The translations under genes were made by a program, and so were the position numbers. From Gemmatimonadales bacterium (GTDB taxonomy: Bacteria > Gemmatimonadota > Gemmatimonadetes > Gemmatimonadales > GWC2-71-9): a stretch of DNA of 64,000 nt. Below are positions 46,643 to 55,884 of this stretch, one piece after another. The stretch is taken from NCBI GenBank assembly GCA_965249575.1, contig OZ252244.1, forward strand, positions 1,046,434-1,110,433, in the 5' to 3' direction. Within the stretch, counting starts at the first letter, position 1; each line of letters begins with the position of its first letter. The notes beneath the pieces were generated by a model. The model worked only from the letters and a program-made list of their open reading frames with translations. It made no database searches and was not told where the DNA came from.

Positions 46643-46998
46643 AGCGACATTCCCCCGTCCACCACGATGCACTGGCCCACGACGTAGCTCGCGGCCGGAG
46701 AGGCGAGGAAGAGCACCACGCTGGCAAGCTCCTCACCTTCGCCGAAGCGACCGATGGGGATCATCTTGCCCCTCGCCTCCGCGATCCGCCGGTCCAGCCG
46801 GGCGCCCATGCCGGTCTTGAACAATCCTGGCGCCACCGCGTTGACCCGCACGCCGTACGGCGCCATTTCCGCGGCCAGGGTGGCCGTGAGGCCAATCACG
46901 CCGGCCTTGGACGCCGAGTAGTTCGCCTGGCCCGGGCTGGCCCGGACGCCGGCGATCGACGAGACATTGACGATCGCTCCGGATCGCCTTGCCATCAT
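46639..46998 (-). pseudogene. C-terminal half of an SDR ketoreductase (FabG-like); N-terminal Rossmann half missing
   Basis: ...GAIVNVSSIAGVRASPGQANYSASKAGVIGLT...VNAVAPGLFKTGM...LASPAASYVVGQCIVVDGGMSL. There is no TGxxxGIG region in any frame upstream. Confidence 0.65.
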
Positions 46999-47024
46999 CG
47001 GGCGGACCGACCCAGGCCCGATCG

Positions 47025-48188
47025 ATCTCAGCCCGGCGAATGGCGATGGTGGCGGCGGCCAACGCGAGCGCTGACGGCAGCGCAGCGGGCCGTGCGGAGC
47101 CCGCAAAGTCGCGTTCGTCGAACACCTGATCCGCTGTCGCGTTGCCCGTCTCGTGTCGGACCTGCGCCATCGCGCTGTCTAGAGCGCCGGGACCAGCAAC
47201 ACTCCACCCGGGAGGCCCAAAGCGTCTTGGACCGACGAAGTGCAGGGTGGGAGCGACGACCCCTCGCTTCATCGTCAGGATCGTGACGATCACTTCGAGG
47301 GCGCCGGCGGCACCCTGGGTGTGGCCGATGGCGCCTTTGGTCGAACTGACCGGAACGGTGGCCTCCCCGCCCAGCGCCCGCTGGATCCCGCGCCATTCCG
47401 ACGGATCGTTGGCCTCCGTCCCTGACCCGTGCGCGTTCACGTAGCCGATATCCGAGGGTTGAAGAGAGGCATCTGCCAAGGCCGAGCGGACCGCACGGTA
47501 CACCCCACCGCCCTTCGGGTCGGGCGACGTCTCGTGATGCGCATCGGCCGAAAGCCCGTACCCGGCGAGGGTGGCGATGGGCTCAGCGTTCCTGGCGAAG
47601 GCGGACTGACTGCGTTCCAGAACCAGGAAGCCGGCGCCGGCGGCGCTCGAGCAGTGCGTGAAACCCCGCGAACACCTCGGGCGAAAGCACGTCCGCTCCG
47701 CCGGTGATCACGGCATCGGCGGCGTCCATGGCAAGGAGGTCGCGTGCGATGCCGATTGCCGACGTCGAGGAGGAGCACGCGGTGGAAATCGTAATGACGG
47801 GGCCGGCAACATCCAGGTTTTGCACGACGTCCTGGGCGAGCTCGTGGACATCGCGGTCCGGGTCGCCCAACGACGTACCGAGCACGAAACCGATCCGATG
47901 GGGCGGCGGGCCGGCGGTGAGGCGCGCCTGGCACACGGCCTCCTCGGCCGCGCGCATGGCGAACTGCCTGCACAGGCCCCAAGCGGCGGATCCGCCGGAG
48001 GGCTCCACCTCCCAATCCCGCACTTCGGCGCCGGTGTGCACCATGAACTCTTCTGTGCTGAAGCGGCAAATTGCCCGGATGCCGTCCACACCCCGTTGCA
48101 GGGCGTCATCGAGCGCGGCGCAATCGTGGGCGACCGCGCAAACGGCTCCGAGGCCCGTGACTACCGCATCAACTGGGACGGGCGGCAT
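47025..48188 (-). pseudogene. Ketosynthase (PKS-type, PTLHF motif) with internal deletion/frameshift
   Basis: N-half VDAVVTGLGAV...ITISTACSSSTSAIG...GGADVLSPEVFAGFHAL, then a stop 22 codons later. Another frame resumes at AAGAGFLVLE...YGLSADAHHETSPDPKGGG...YVNAHGSGTEANDPSE...SSTKGAIGHTQGAAGALE...APTLHF. The RPFDxxRDGF segment has no room (junction about 47630-47660). Confidence 0.7.
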
Positions 48189-48223
48189 GTGAGGCGATGG
48201 GTCAGGTCGCGTCGCGAGGCGTT

Positions 48224-48381
48224 TTACGCACCTATAAGAAGCGTGATCAGCCCAACCAAGATGACGATCACGCCGACGGTCCCCCAATCAATCCCCCGAT
48301 GACGGCCCCTGGGCTGTCCACCCCCGCGCCGATCGCGACGAGTAACGCGCTGCCTGCGAGTATGAGGACGCCGATGCCCAT
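48224..48381 (-). CDS. Possible small two-TM glycine-rich membrane protein (needs a 1-nt correction in the G-run at 48281-48285)
   Basis: Own translation: MGIGVLILAGSALLVAIGAGVDSPGAVIGGLIGG then, in the adjacent frame, TVGVIVILVGLITLLIGA-stop. Below the ORF track size cut-off. Confidence 0.25.
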
Positions 48382-48386
48382 CGTCT

Positions 48387-48893
48387 TTAGCCCTTGCTAG
48401 GGCGCCCGTTGCGCTTGGATTGCTCCACCTGCCAAAACGCCCGCTCGCTCACCTTGGCGACGAGCCAGCGCTGCCGGGCTTCAGACTGGATATCCGACGC
48501 CGATACTTTCTCAGCCTTCACCACGTACTCGTTGACGAGCAGGCTGGGCGGCTGGTGCTGGAGCCGCCATCCCACCTGCAGCATCTGCGTGCGGAACTGG
48601 TGCCGGCGCGCGCCGGAAAGCCCGGACCGGGCGGCCTCCTCGTCCAGCGTTTCGCTGACATGACTGACAAACGCCGGCCGCTCGCGCAGTTCGGATTGCA
48701 CCCGCGCGAGGTCCTCCGGTGCCTGACCGTGGAGCAGTTCGGTGATGCCCGCAATCGACTCATCCATGTCCGGCTGCACAGCCCACATGCGGTCCTGCAT
48801 CCCCGGGTGCACCTGGGATTCTACCGGCAGATCACCGAACATTCCGGTCGCGTACATGGTCTTCAAGGATTTCCGGCCCAGCGAGTCGAGCAT
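48387..48893 (-). CDS. Hypothetical protein (168 aa), first gene of the KS operon strand
   Basis: ORF with non-shadow amino-acid composition (MLDSLGRKSLKTMYATGMFGDLPVESQ...). No family recognised. Confidence 0.4.
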   Translation of the reverse strand: MLDSLGRKSLKTMYATGMFGDLPVESQVHPGMQDRMWAVQPDMDESIAGITELLHGQAPEDLARVQSELRERPAFVSHVSETLDEEAARSGLSGARRHQFRTQMLQVGWRLQHQPPSLLVNEYVVKAEKVSASDIQSEARQRWLVAKVSERAFWQVEQSKRNGRPSKG

Positions 48894-49018
48894 GGATGCG
48901 TCGCCCCGGAAGTCCGGGAAGCTGCTCGAAATCGACCATTCCTCAATGCGCCCGATGCCCAGGTCGAAGCGGTTCAGATAGGTACTTAGAGAGCGGCCGC
49001 ATCGCGGGTCGCTGCGCC

Positions 49019-49450
49019 GTGGCCGAGCGCGTGTTCAGCGGGTTCGCCGAGGGATTCGCAGAGATCTACCGCGGGCAGTACCGGCACTTTGGATCGCCGG
49101 CGTACGTCGCAACCAAGGTGACGTGGGATAGCGCGCTCTACTTCGGGTTCCACACGCTGCTGTTCCGGCACGGCCTGTTCGGGGATCCGGCCTTCCTGGC
49201 GGAGATTCGCCCCGATGTGCGCGCCGTACAGAGCGTGCAGGCGCGCGTGCAGGGAAGGTTGCGCCAGGGTGACTTTCAGCCGCTCGTGGACGTGGGCAGC
49301 GGCACTGTCGAGTGGGGCTCCATCGAGTGGCTCATGGACTGCTACTTCGGAGCCAGAGAGCAGCCGGACCGGCGCGCCGTGCTGGCGGCGCTCCGCGCCA
49401 CGCTGACTAGGCTAGAGCGCCTCGCCCGCCGTGTAGAGGGTAAAAGTTGA
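49019..49450 (+). CDS. Hypothetical protein
   Basis: Plausible GTG start at 49019 (VAERVFSGFAEGFAEIYRGQYRHFGSPAYVATKVTWDSALYFGFHTLLF...). The 48896 start adds an Arg/Cys-rich, non-protein-like extension. Confidence 0.35.
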   Translation: MAERVFSGFAEGFAEIYRGQYRHFGSPAYVATKVTWDSALYFGFHTLLFRHGLFGDPAFLAEIRPDVRAVQSVQARVQGRLRQGDFQPLVDVGSGTVEWGSIEWLMDCYFGAREQPDRRAVLAALRATLTRLERLARRVEGKS

Positions 49451-50148
49451 GCCTCGAGGTGGCGAGCGCCGCGTTCCTCGAGGGATACCGGCTGGCGGCG
49501 GCGGACGCTTCGCCCGCGAAGGCGCATGCGCTGATCGGGCAGCTACACGACCTGGGCCACCTCAGAACGCCGTTTGCGTACGAGGGCGCCGCGATGGCTT
49601 GGCGCCTGAGCGACGAGCGCCGGCCCGGCGGGCGGGTGGAGGCGCTGTTCGCGGCCGCGCCGCCCGTGCGGCTTCCGTTCCTGGGACTGGGCGTGGGGTG
49701 CGCCCTTTCAAAGCTGGGCCGGGGCCTTCCCGACGAGCCGGCAATGATGGACGGCTACGGCTTTCACGCCTGCCTGTTCGGAGGCGCCTTGGGCGGCAGG
49801 ACGGAGCACACGCGACCTCGCGTGGAGCGCGGGCGCGGGTGGGCGCTGTGGTTCCGAACCGGCGGAGACGCCGCGGCCTGTAGCCAAATGATCGCAAGGG
49901 GACCGTATGTGGGGGAACGTTGGCGCGGCGTTGCTACTGCGTGCGCGTTTGCGGGAGACCCCAGGGAACAGGCGAGCCTCCTTACTACCTTGGCGCCCGC
50001 GTTCGCGAGCCATCTCGTGGAGGGTGTGGAAGAGGCACTCCGGTTGTGGCGCTCATTCGAAGAAGCACCGCCGGAGAGGGTGCTTGACGTCGTCGCGTCT
50101 CTAGCGCCCCGCTGCGCCGTCCGGCAGCATCCTCCCCCCGATTCATGA
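49447..50148 (+). CDS. DUF1702-like protein (tentative)
   Basis: ...AAFLEGYRLAA...LRTPFAYEGAAMAWRL... matches my recollection of the DUF1702 FLxGY / FAYEGAAMA pattern. TTG start overlapping the upstream stop. Confidence 0.4.
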   Translation: MSLEVASAAFLEGYRLAAADASPAKAHALIGQLHDLGHLRTPFAYEGAAMAWRLSDERRPGGRVEALFAAAPPVRLPFLGLGVGCALSKLGRGLPDEPAMMDGYGFHACLFGGALGGRTEHTRPRVERGRGWALWFRTGGDAAACSQMIARGPYVGERWRGVATACAFAGDPREQASLLTTLAPAFASHLVEGVEEALRLWRSFEEAPPERVLDVVASLAPRCAVRQHPPPDS

Positions 50149-50370
50149 GGCAGGCGCTTGCCCCTCAGGACGTCACGGCACGCGCAATCCGGACCTATCG
50201 ATCGCGAGCCCCGAATGACGAACGGAACCGGCTACCACGCGGGATCCGTTTCGGCACTGTAGAAGTTCCGCAAGCCGCTTATGAGCCGCGTGGGACCCGC
50301 ACCGTTGGGCCGCACAATAACGATCAGTGGAGGTCCTGGCAGGGGATTCGCTGTCACCCTCACGACAATC

Positions 50371-51903
50371 CTACAGAGTGACCTCTTCCACCGAGCGCCG
50401 GATGTCCTCTATGCAGTCCCGCACCCGGTCGAGGTGGGTCCGGAACGATACGATGCACACCCGTATCACGAACCGTCCGTCGAGAGCGGTTCCCGTCAAG
50501 TAAACACGTTTGCGTGCGTTGATCGCTTCCAAAAGCCGACGGTTGACCGCGTTGACCGCCTCCTGTTCCAGATTGGGCGGACGCAGCCGAAACGCGACGA
50601 CGGTCAGCTGTGGCTCGGCGACGATCTCGAGTCGGTCGATCTTCCGAAGCTCGCGCGTGGCCCAGGTCGTTAGCTCGAGTTTCTCCTCCAGATTGGACCG
50701 AAACGCCTCGATCCCGTGCATCTTGATCGGCAGCCACACCCGCAAACCGCGGAACGGTCTGGTGAGCTCGGGAGAGATCTGATAGAAGTCGACGAATTCG
50801 TCCGTCTCCGGCGGCGGCGGCAGGTAGTGACCAGACGTGGCGTGGGCGCGGGCCAGCACGTCGCGGTCCCGCACCAACAGCGAGCCCGTCCCATACGGCA
50901 TGAAGAGCGCCTTATGGGGATCGAGCGTTACGGAATGGGCCCGAGCAAGACCCTCCATGACCTGGCGGCCTCGGTGTGTGAGCGCGAAGAAGCCGCCGTA
51001 CGCTGCGTCGACGTGGAGCCACATGTCCTCGTCGCGGGCCACGTCGGCCAGCCCACCCAGATCGTCAACGGCCCCGGTGTTGACAGTCCCCGCGTTGCCG
51101 GCAATGAGAAAGGGTGTCAGCTCCTTCGACCTGTCACGCTCAATCTGATCCCGCAAGAGATCGAGGTCGATACGAAAGCGATCATCCGTGGGGATCGTCC
51201 GAAAGTTCGCCGCTGGGAACCCCGCTAGCATCACCGCCCGTTCCATCGACTGATGCACCTGGGTCGAGCCGTAGATCGTCCCCGAGAGGAAGTTCTCGGG
51301 CAATCGATCTCTCCGCGCCGCGAACACCGCGCTCAAGTTGGCCAGCGATCCGCCGCTCGTGAGGAACCCCCCGGCGTTCGCCGGGTAGCCTATGATTTCG
51401 CAAAACCACCGGACGACGGTAGCTTCGATCTGCGCCAGGCCCGGAGCGACCGACCACACCCCGATGTAGCGATTCACCGCGGCGGCGATAAGGTCTGCCA
51501 CGGCCGCGTGCAACACGCCGCCGCCCGGTATGTAGGCCAGATAGCCGGGGCCGGCCGCGTTCATGCTAACGGGAATGGCGCGCTCGAATAACGTGCTGAG
51601 GAGCTGCTCGATCGGCTGGCCCGCCTCGGGGAGTTGCTCCATGAGCGACCGGGCAACCTCCGCCCCATTCTCCGCGTTGGAGGCTGGCTGGTTGGGCAGT
51701 GAGGCTACGTGCGGGATGATGCGGTCCAGCGCGAGATTCACCCACCGCCGGAATTCCTCCCCCGGCGGCTCGAGCACGGGATGCTGATCGCTCACAGCGA
51801 CTGCTCGTTCCAGGCCGCGGGTCCTTCGGCTCGCGAGCGGGGTAGTAGAGCGTTGGCGGGGCACATTCGTAGGTAAAGCTGGTCTACGGCCACCTTCACG
51901 CAA
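50371..51903 (-). CDS. Group II pyridoxal-dependent (aromatic amino acid/DABA-type) decarboxylase
   Basis: ...HVDAAYGGFFAL... and the PLP-lysine region SVTLDPHKALFMPYGTGSLLVRD. Start uncertain (alternative GTG at 51795). Confidence 0.85.
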   Translation of the reverse strand: MREGGRRPALPTNVPRQRSTTPLASRRTRGLERAVAVSDQHPVLEPPGEEFRRWVNLALDRIIPHVASLPNQPASNAENGAEVARSLMEQLPEAGQPIEQLLSTLFERAIPVSMNAAGPGYLAYIPGGGVLHAAVADLIAAAVNRYIGVWSVAPGLAQIEATVVRWFCEIIGYPANAGGFLTSGGSLANLSAVFAARRDRLPENFLSGTIYGSTQVHQSMERAVMLAGFPAANFRTIPTDDRFRIDLDLLRDQIERDRSKELTPFLIAGNAGTVNTGAVDDLGGLADVARDEDMWLHVDAAYGGFFALTHRGRQVMEGLARAHSVTLDPHKALFMPYGTGSLLVRDRDVLARAHATSGHYLPPPPETDEFVDFYQISPELTRPFRGLRVWLPIKMHGIEAFRSNLEEKLELTTWATRELRKIDRLEIVAEPQLTVVAFRLRPPNLEQEAVNAVNRRLLEAINARKRVYLTGTALDGRFVIRVCIVSFRTHLDRVRDCIEDIRRSVEEVTL

Positions 51904-52001
51904 GTGCCGGAGACGAGGTAGCGTAGGCAGGTCGGCCGGGATCGCACGAGAGGGCGGGCACCGCCCAGTGCTGGTACGGGTCTTTGCCTCCCGGAGAGTA
52001 T

Positions 52002-52499
52002 ATGAACGCTGAACCGGTTCGGGATCTCATTCGCCGTGACCTCACTCCCGACCTGTATAACCAGATTCGCGAGGAGTGGAAGCGCCACTCGCTCGCGGAA
52101 GACAGACGGGACATCCCCGGGCTGATTTCGACACTGACCGACGACTGCGTGTACGAGGTAGTTCAGACGGGTTATCGCTGGGAGAGACACCCGGGGGCCG
52201 TCCAGTTCTACACCGAGTTGCTGACGGCATTCCCCGACATCGATTTCGAGCTGACGGACATCGTCATCGGGCCTCAAGGCGTATGCGAGGAAGCCAGGGC
52301 GACCGGCACCCACCTCCGCGATTGGCGAGATTTCCCGTCGACCAGTCGGCCCGTGATGTTCAGGGTCGTGATATTCTTTCCGTGGGACCTCGAACGGGAG
52401 AAATTCAGAGGTGAACGGATCTACTTCGACGTTGCGGCCGCGCTCGGTGGGAGTCCGCGTCCCGAGGACGCCCAGGCTGACACGGGACCCCCAGCCTAG
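52002..52499 (+). CDS. SnoaL-like / ester cyclase (NTF2 fold) protein
   Basis: GGAGAG 4 nt before ATG 52002. ...LISTLTDDCVYEVVQTGYRWERHPGAVQFYTELLTAFPDIDFELTDIVIGPQGVCEEA.... Confidence 0.6.
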   Translation: MNAEPVRDLIRRDLTPDLYNQIREEWKRHSLAEDRRDIPGLISTLTDDCVYEVVQTGYRWERHPGAVQFYTELLTAFPDIDFELTDIVIGPQGVCEEARATGTHLRDWRDFPSTSRPVMFRVVIFFPWDLEREKFRGERIYFDVAAALGGSPRPEDAQADTGPPA

Positions 52500-52573
52500 G
52501 GTCGCTCCGGCGTGCCGGCTCCCGCATCGGGGTGACCGATCGCGCCACTCGCGCTCAACCTAGAGGATCAGCC

Positions 52574-54751
52574 ATGCGTTTGCGCCAACAGCATCTGGGA
52601 TTCGGGGGGCTCCTACTTGTCGTCGGGTGTGCAGGCGGGCCACCTCCCGGGGGAGTTGCACCGGCCGACGAGGACCTCGGTCTGAGCCGTGACACCGAAC
52701 GGGCGGCTTCGCAGCGTCCGCAGTTCGACACCACCATCACGCCGGGACGCTTTGACACCGGAAAGATGTGGACCTTCGAGAACCCACCGCTCGACTATTT
52801 CGAAGCCACGTACGACTTCCGTCCGTCACCAGAGTGGCTCGACCACGTCAGGTTAGCCGCACTGCGGCTCCCCAATTGCAGTGCCTCATTCGTCTCGGCA
52901 AGCGGCCTGATGATGTCTAACCACCACTGCGCTCGGGATGGAGCGTCCGAGGTGACGCGGGATGGCGAGGATCTCCTCGAGGAAGGGTTCTACGCCGCGG
53001 ACCGGAAGGACGAACGCCGAGTTCCCGGATTGCACGTCGATCAGCTCGTGGAGATTCGTAGCGTCACCGAAGAGATTCGCACGGTAGTCGACCGGGTCGG
53101 CTCAGAGCGCGAGCGGATCCGCGCCCGCGACCGGAAGATCGAAGAGATCGAGAAACGCGTCAGCGAGGAAACCGGACACCGGTGCGAGGTGACCTCGCTC
53201 TACCATGGCGGCGCCTTTTCCCTCTACTGCTACCGGCGCTACGACGATGTCCGGCTCGTTTTCGTGCCGGAAAGCCAGATCGGATACTTCGGTGGTGACC
53301 CCGACAACTTTACGTACCCCCGCTACAACCTCGACGTGTCGTTCTTCCGAGTGTACGACGACGCCGGCTCCCCCGTCGAACCCGACGCCTACCTGCGCTG
53401 GGCCAGCGGCGGGGTTCGAGAGGGCGACGCGGTCTTCGTGGTCGGGAACCCCGGGTCGACCTCCAGGCTGAGCACAATGGCCCAGCTCCAATACAAACGG
53501 GATCATCAATATCCATCGACGCTGGATCTCCTGGAGAGCCGGGCCAACATACTCGAGCGCTACATGGAGGAGAACCCGGACAAACGCGCCGAGCACATCA
53601 ACAATTATTTCAGCATCACCAACTCGCTCAAGGCGATCACCGGAGAACTGAAGGGGCTAAAGACCCCCGAGCTGCTCGGCAGGAAGGCCGCCTTCGAGCG
53701 CCAGTTTCGGCGGGCCGTTCGGGAAAACACTATGCTGTCGGACCGCTATGCCGGGGCCTGGGACTCCATTGCCACGCTGCGGCGGCAGGTAGCACGCGTT
53801 GCACCACGGCTGAACGGACTGAATCAGGGCGGAATCCTGCGCTCGAAGGTCCTGGCGACCGCTGCTTCACTATATCAATACGCCGGCCTGGCACTGGACG
53901 AGGAGACACCCGACAGTGTTTTGCAGGAGGCGCGGAGCGAACTCGATACGACCACTATCGACCTCGACCTCGACCGGCTCATCCTCAAGGCGCAGATCGA
54001 AGATGCCATCGAGTTGTTGGGGAGAGACGATGCCTTTGTCAGCCAAGCGCTCGCGGGCCGCCCGCTCGATGAGGCCGTTCAGAGCCTGCTGCGAAGCACA
54101 CCCGTGGCCGATTCGACCCGGCGGGCAGCGCTCCTGGAAGAGCCCCAGAAAATCGTCTCGAGTCTCGATCCGGCGATGCTGTTGGCTCGCGACGCCCTCT
54201 TTCAGCTCGGCAGGATCGCTGGGAGATACCGGCAGCTAACGGGGGCCGAAGAAGCTCAGACGGCCAGGCTCGCCCGGGCGCTGTTCGAAGTCTACGGCGA
54301 TTCCATCGCGCCGGACGCCACCTTCACGCTGAGAATAGCAGACGGCGTGGTGGCGGGATACGAGTACAACGGCACCGAGGCGCCGGCGCTTACCACGTTT
54401 TATGGCATTTACGATCGCAATCGGGGCCACCAGGCACAGGACCCATGGCATCTCCCCGCCCGGTGGCAGGACCCACCGGGCGGGTTTGACCTCGGAACGC
54501 CGCTCAACCTCGTTGTCACCAATGACATCATAGGTGGCAACTCCGGAAGTCCCCTTGTCAACACCGACGGGGAGGTCGTGGGCCTCATTTTCGACGGCAA
54601 CATCGAGAGCCTCCCGGGTGACTTCATTTACACCGATGAGACCGCCCGGGCAGTCGCCGTGCATGCGGAGGGCATCGCGTCCGCCCTCCGCGACGTCTAC
54701 GGCGCGGAGGCACTGGTAGACGAGATCCTCTCCGGCGGAATGTCTCCCTGA
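52574..54751 (+). CDS. S46 family dipeptidyl-peptidase (DPP7/DPP11-like)
   Basis: AGAGGA before ATG 52574. Lipoprotein-like signal LLLVVGCAGG. Catalytic His context MMSNHHCARD and Ser context IGGNSGSPLVN. Confidence 0.85.
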   Translation: MRLRQQHLGFGGLLLVVGCAGGPPPGGVAPADEDLGLSRDTERAASQRPQFDTTITPGRFDTGKMWTFENPPLDYFEATYDFRPSPEWLDHVRLAALRLPNCSASFVSASGLMMSNHHCARDGASEVTRDGEDLLEEGFYAADRKDERRVPGLHVDQLVEIRSVTEEIRTVVDRVGSERERIRARDRKIEEIEKRVSEETGHRCEVTSLYHGGAFSLYCYRRYDDVRLVFVPESQIGYFGGDPDNFTYPRYNLDVSFFRVYDDAGSPVEPDAYLRWASGGVREGDAVFVVGNPGSTSRLSTMAQLQYKRDHQYPSTLDLLESRANILERYMEENPDKRAEHINNYFSITNSLKAITGELKGLKTPELLGRKAAFERQFRRAVRENTMLSDRYAGAWDSIATLRRQVARVAPRLNGLNQGGILRSKVLATAASLYQYAGLALDEETPDSVLQEARSELDTTTIDLDLDRLILKAQIEDAIELLGRDDAFVSQALAGRPLDEAVQSLLRSTPVADSTRRAALLEEPQKIVSSLDPAMLLARDALFQLGRIAGRYRQLTGAEEAQTARLARALFEVYGDSIAPDATFTLRIADGVVAGYEYNGTEAPALTTFYGIYDRNRGHQAQDPWHLPARWQDPPGGFDLGTPLNLVVTNDIIGGNSGSPLVNTDGEVVGLIFDGNIESLPGDFIYTDETARAVAVHAEGIASALRDVYGAEALVDEILSGGMSP

Positions 54752-54783
54752 CCTCGCTCGACGGCGTCCCGACGCCGGCGCTC

Positions 54784-55845
54784 GTGCTCGATTTGGACGT
54801 GCTCGAGAAGAATCTGTCGGGCATGGCCGAGCGGGCCAAGAGCCTCGATGTCTCGCTCCGCCCCCACGTGAAGACCCACAAGTGCGTGGAGGTAGCCGAA
54901 CGCCAGCGGGCAATCGGGGCGACGGGTATTACCGTGTCCACACTCTACGAGGCCAAGACGTTCGCCGATCACGGATTCGAGGACATCGTCTGGGCGTTTC
55001 CTGTCATTCTGGGGCGGATACCTGAGGCGGTCGCCTTGTCAGAGCGCGTCACCTTCACGCTGGTGATCGATTCGCTTGAGGCGGTTGACGCGCTCGAGCA
55101 GACTCGCCGTCCGCTCAGGGTCAGGCTGAAAGTGGACAGTGGCTACCATCGGGCCGGCGTGGACCCCCGCTCTGAGGCGGCGCTCGAACTGGCGCGGCGC
55201 CTCGACGCCTCGACCACGCTCGCCTTCGATGGAATCCTCACCCACTCCGGCCATGCCTACCACGCGTCTCCCAGCAGTGAGGTCGCGCGGATCGCGGAGG
55301 AGGAGCGCGGTATCATGGCGACGTTCGCGGAGCGGCTGCGTTCCAACGGCATCGAGGTGCCTACAGTGAGCGTGGGATCTACCCCGGCAATGTCGACGGT
55401 CGGGGATCTGACCGGTGTCGACGAGGCCCGCCCAGGCAACTACGCACTCTACGACTACATGCAGACCGTCTTGGGCTCCTGCGCCACGACCGATTGCGCC
55501 GCGACAGTCATCGCCAGCGTAGTATCCAACCATCCCGACACGAATCACTGTGTCGTGGATGCTGGCGCGCTGGCACTCTCCAAGGATGCAGGCACAGAGT
55601 TGGCACCCCGCGCAACGATGGGCGAGATCTTCGAGAGTTACGGGGCCGGCTCGCTGCGGCGCGACGCCCGAGTCGTCTCGGTGAGCCAGGAGCATGGCAC
55701 GGTCAGCGCGCCCCTCGCCGTGGGGACCCGGGTGCGAATCCTGCCCAATCACTCCTGCCTCACGGTAGCGCAGTTCGACGAGTACTACGTGGCTCGCGGC
55801 GACGAGATCGTAGATCGCTGGAAGGTGTGGAGGGGGCGGGACTGA
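54784..55845 (+). CDS. DSD1/D-threonine aldolase-like PLP enzyme (alanine racemase N-domain fold)
   Basis: ...ALVLDLDVLEKNLSGM...SLRPHVKTHKCVEVA (PLP lysine). C-terminal ...ILPNHSCLTVAQF. The N-terminus may begin a few codons upstream at a non-canonical start. Confidence 0.8.
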   Translation: MLDLDVLEKNLSGMAERAKSLDVSLRPHVKTHKCVEVAERQRAIGATGITVSTLYEAKTFADHGFEDIVWAFPVILGRIPEAVALSERVTFTLVIDSLEAVDALEQTRRPLRVRLKVDSGYHRAGVDPRSEAALELARRLDASTTLAFDGILTHSGHAYHASPSSEVARIAEEERGIMATFAERLRSNGIEVPTVSVGSTPAMSTVGDLTGVDEARPGNYALYDYMQTVLGSCATTDCAATVIASVVSNHPDTNHCVVDAGALALSKDAGTELAPRATMGEIFESYGAGSLRRDARVVSVSQEHGTVSAPLAVGTRVRILPNHSCLTVAQFDEYYVARGDEIVDRWKVWRGRD

Positions 55846-55884
55846 AGTGAGTCGCGCTGACTGACGAGCGGCAGTGGGTGTTGC

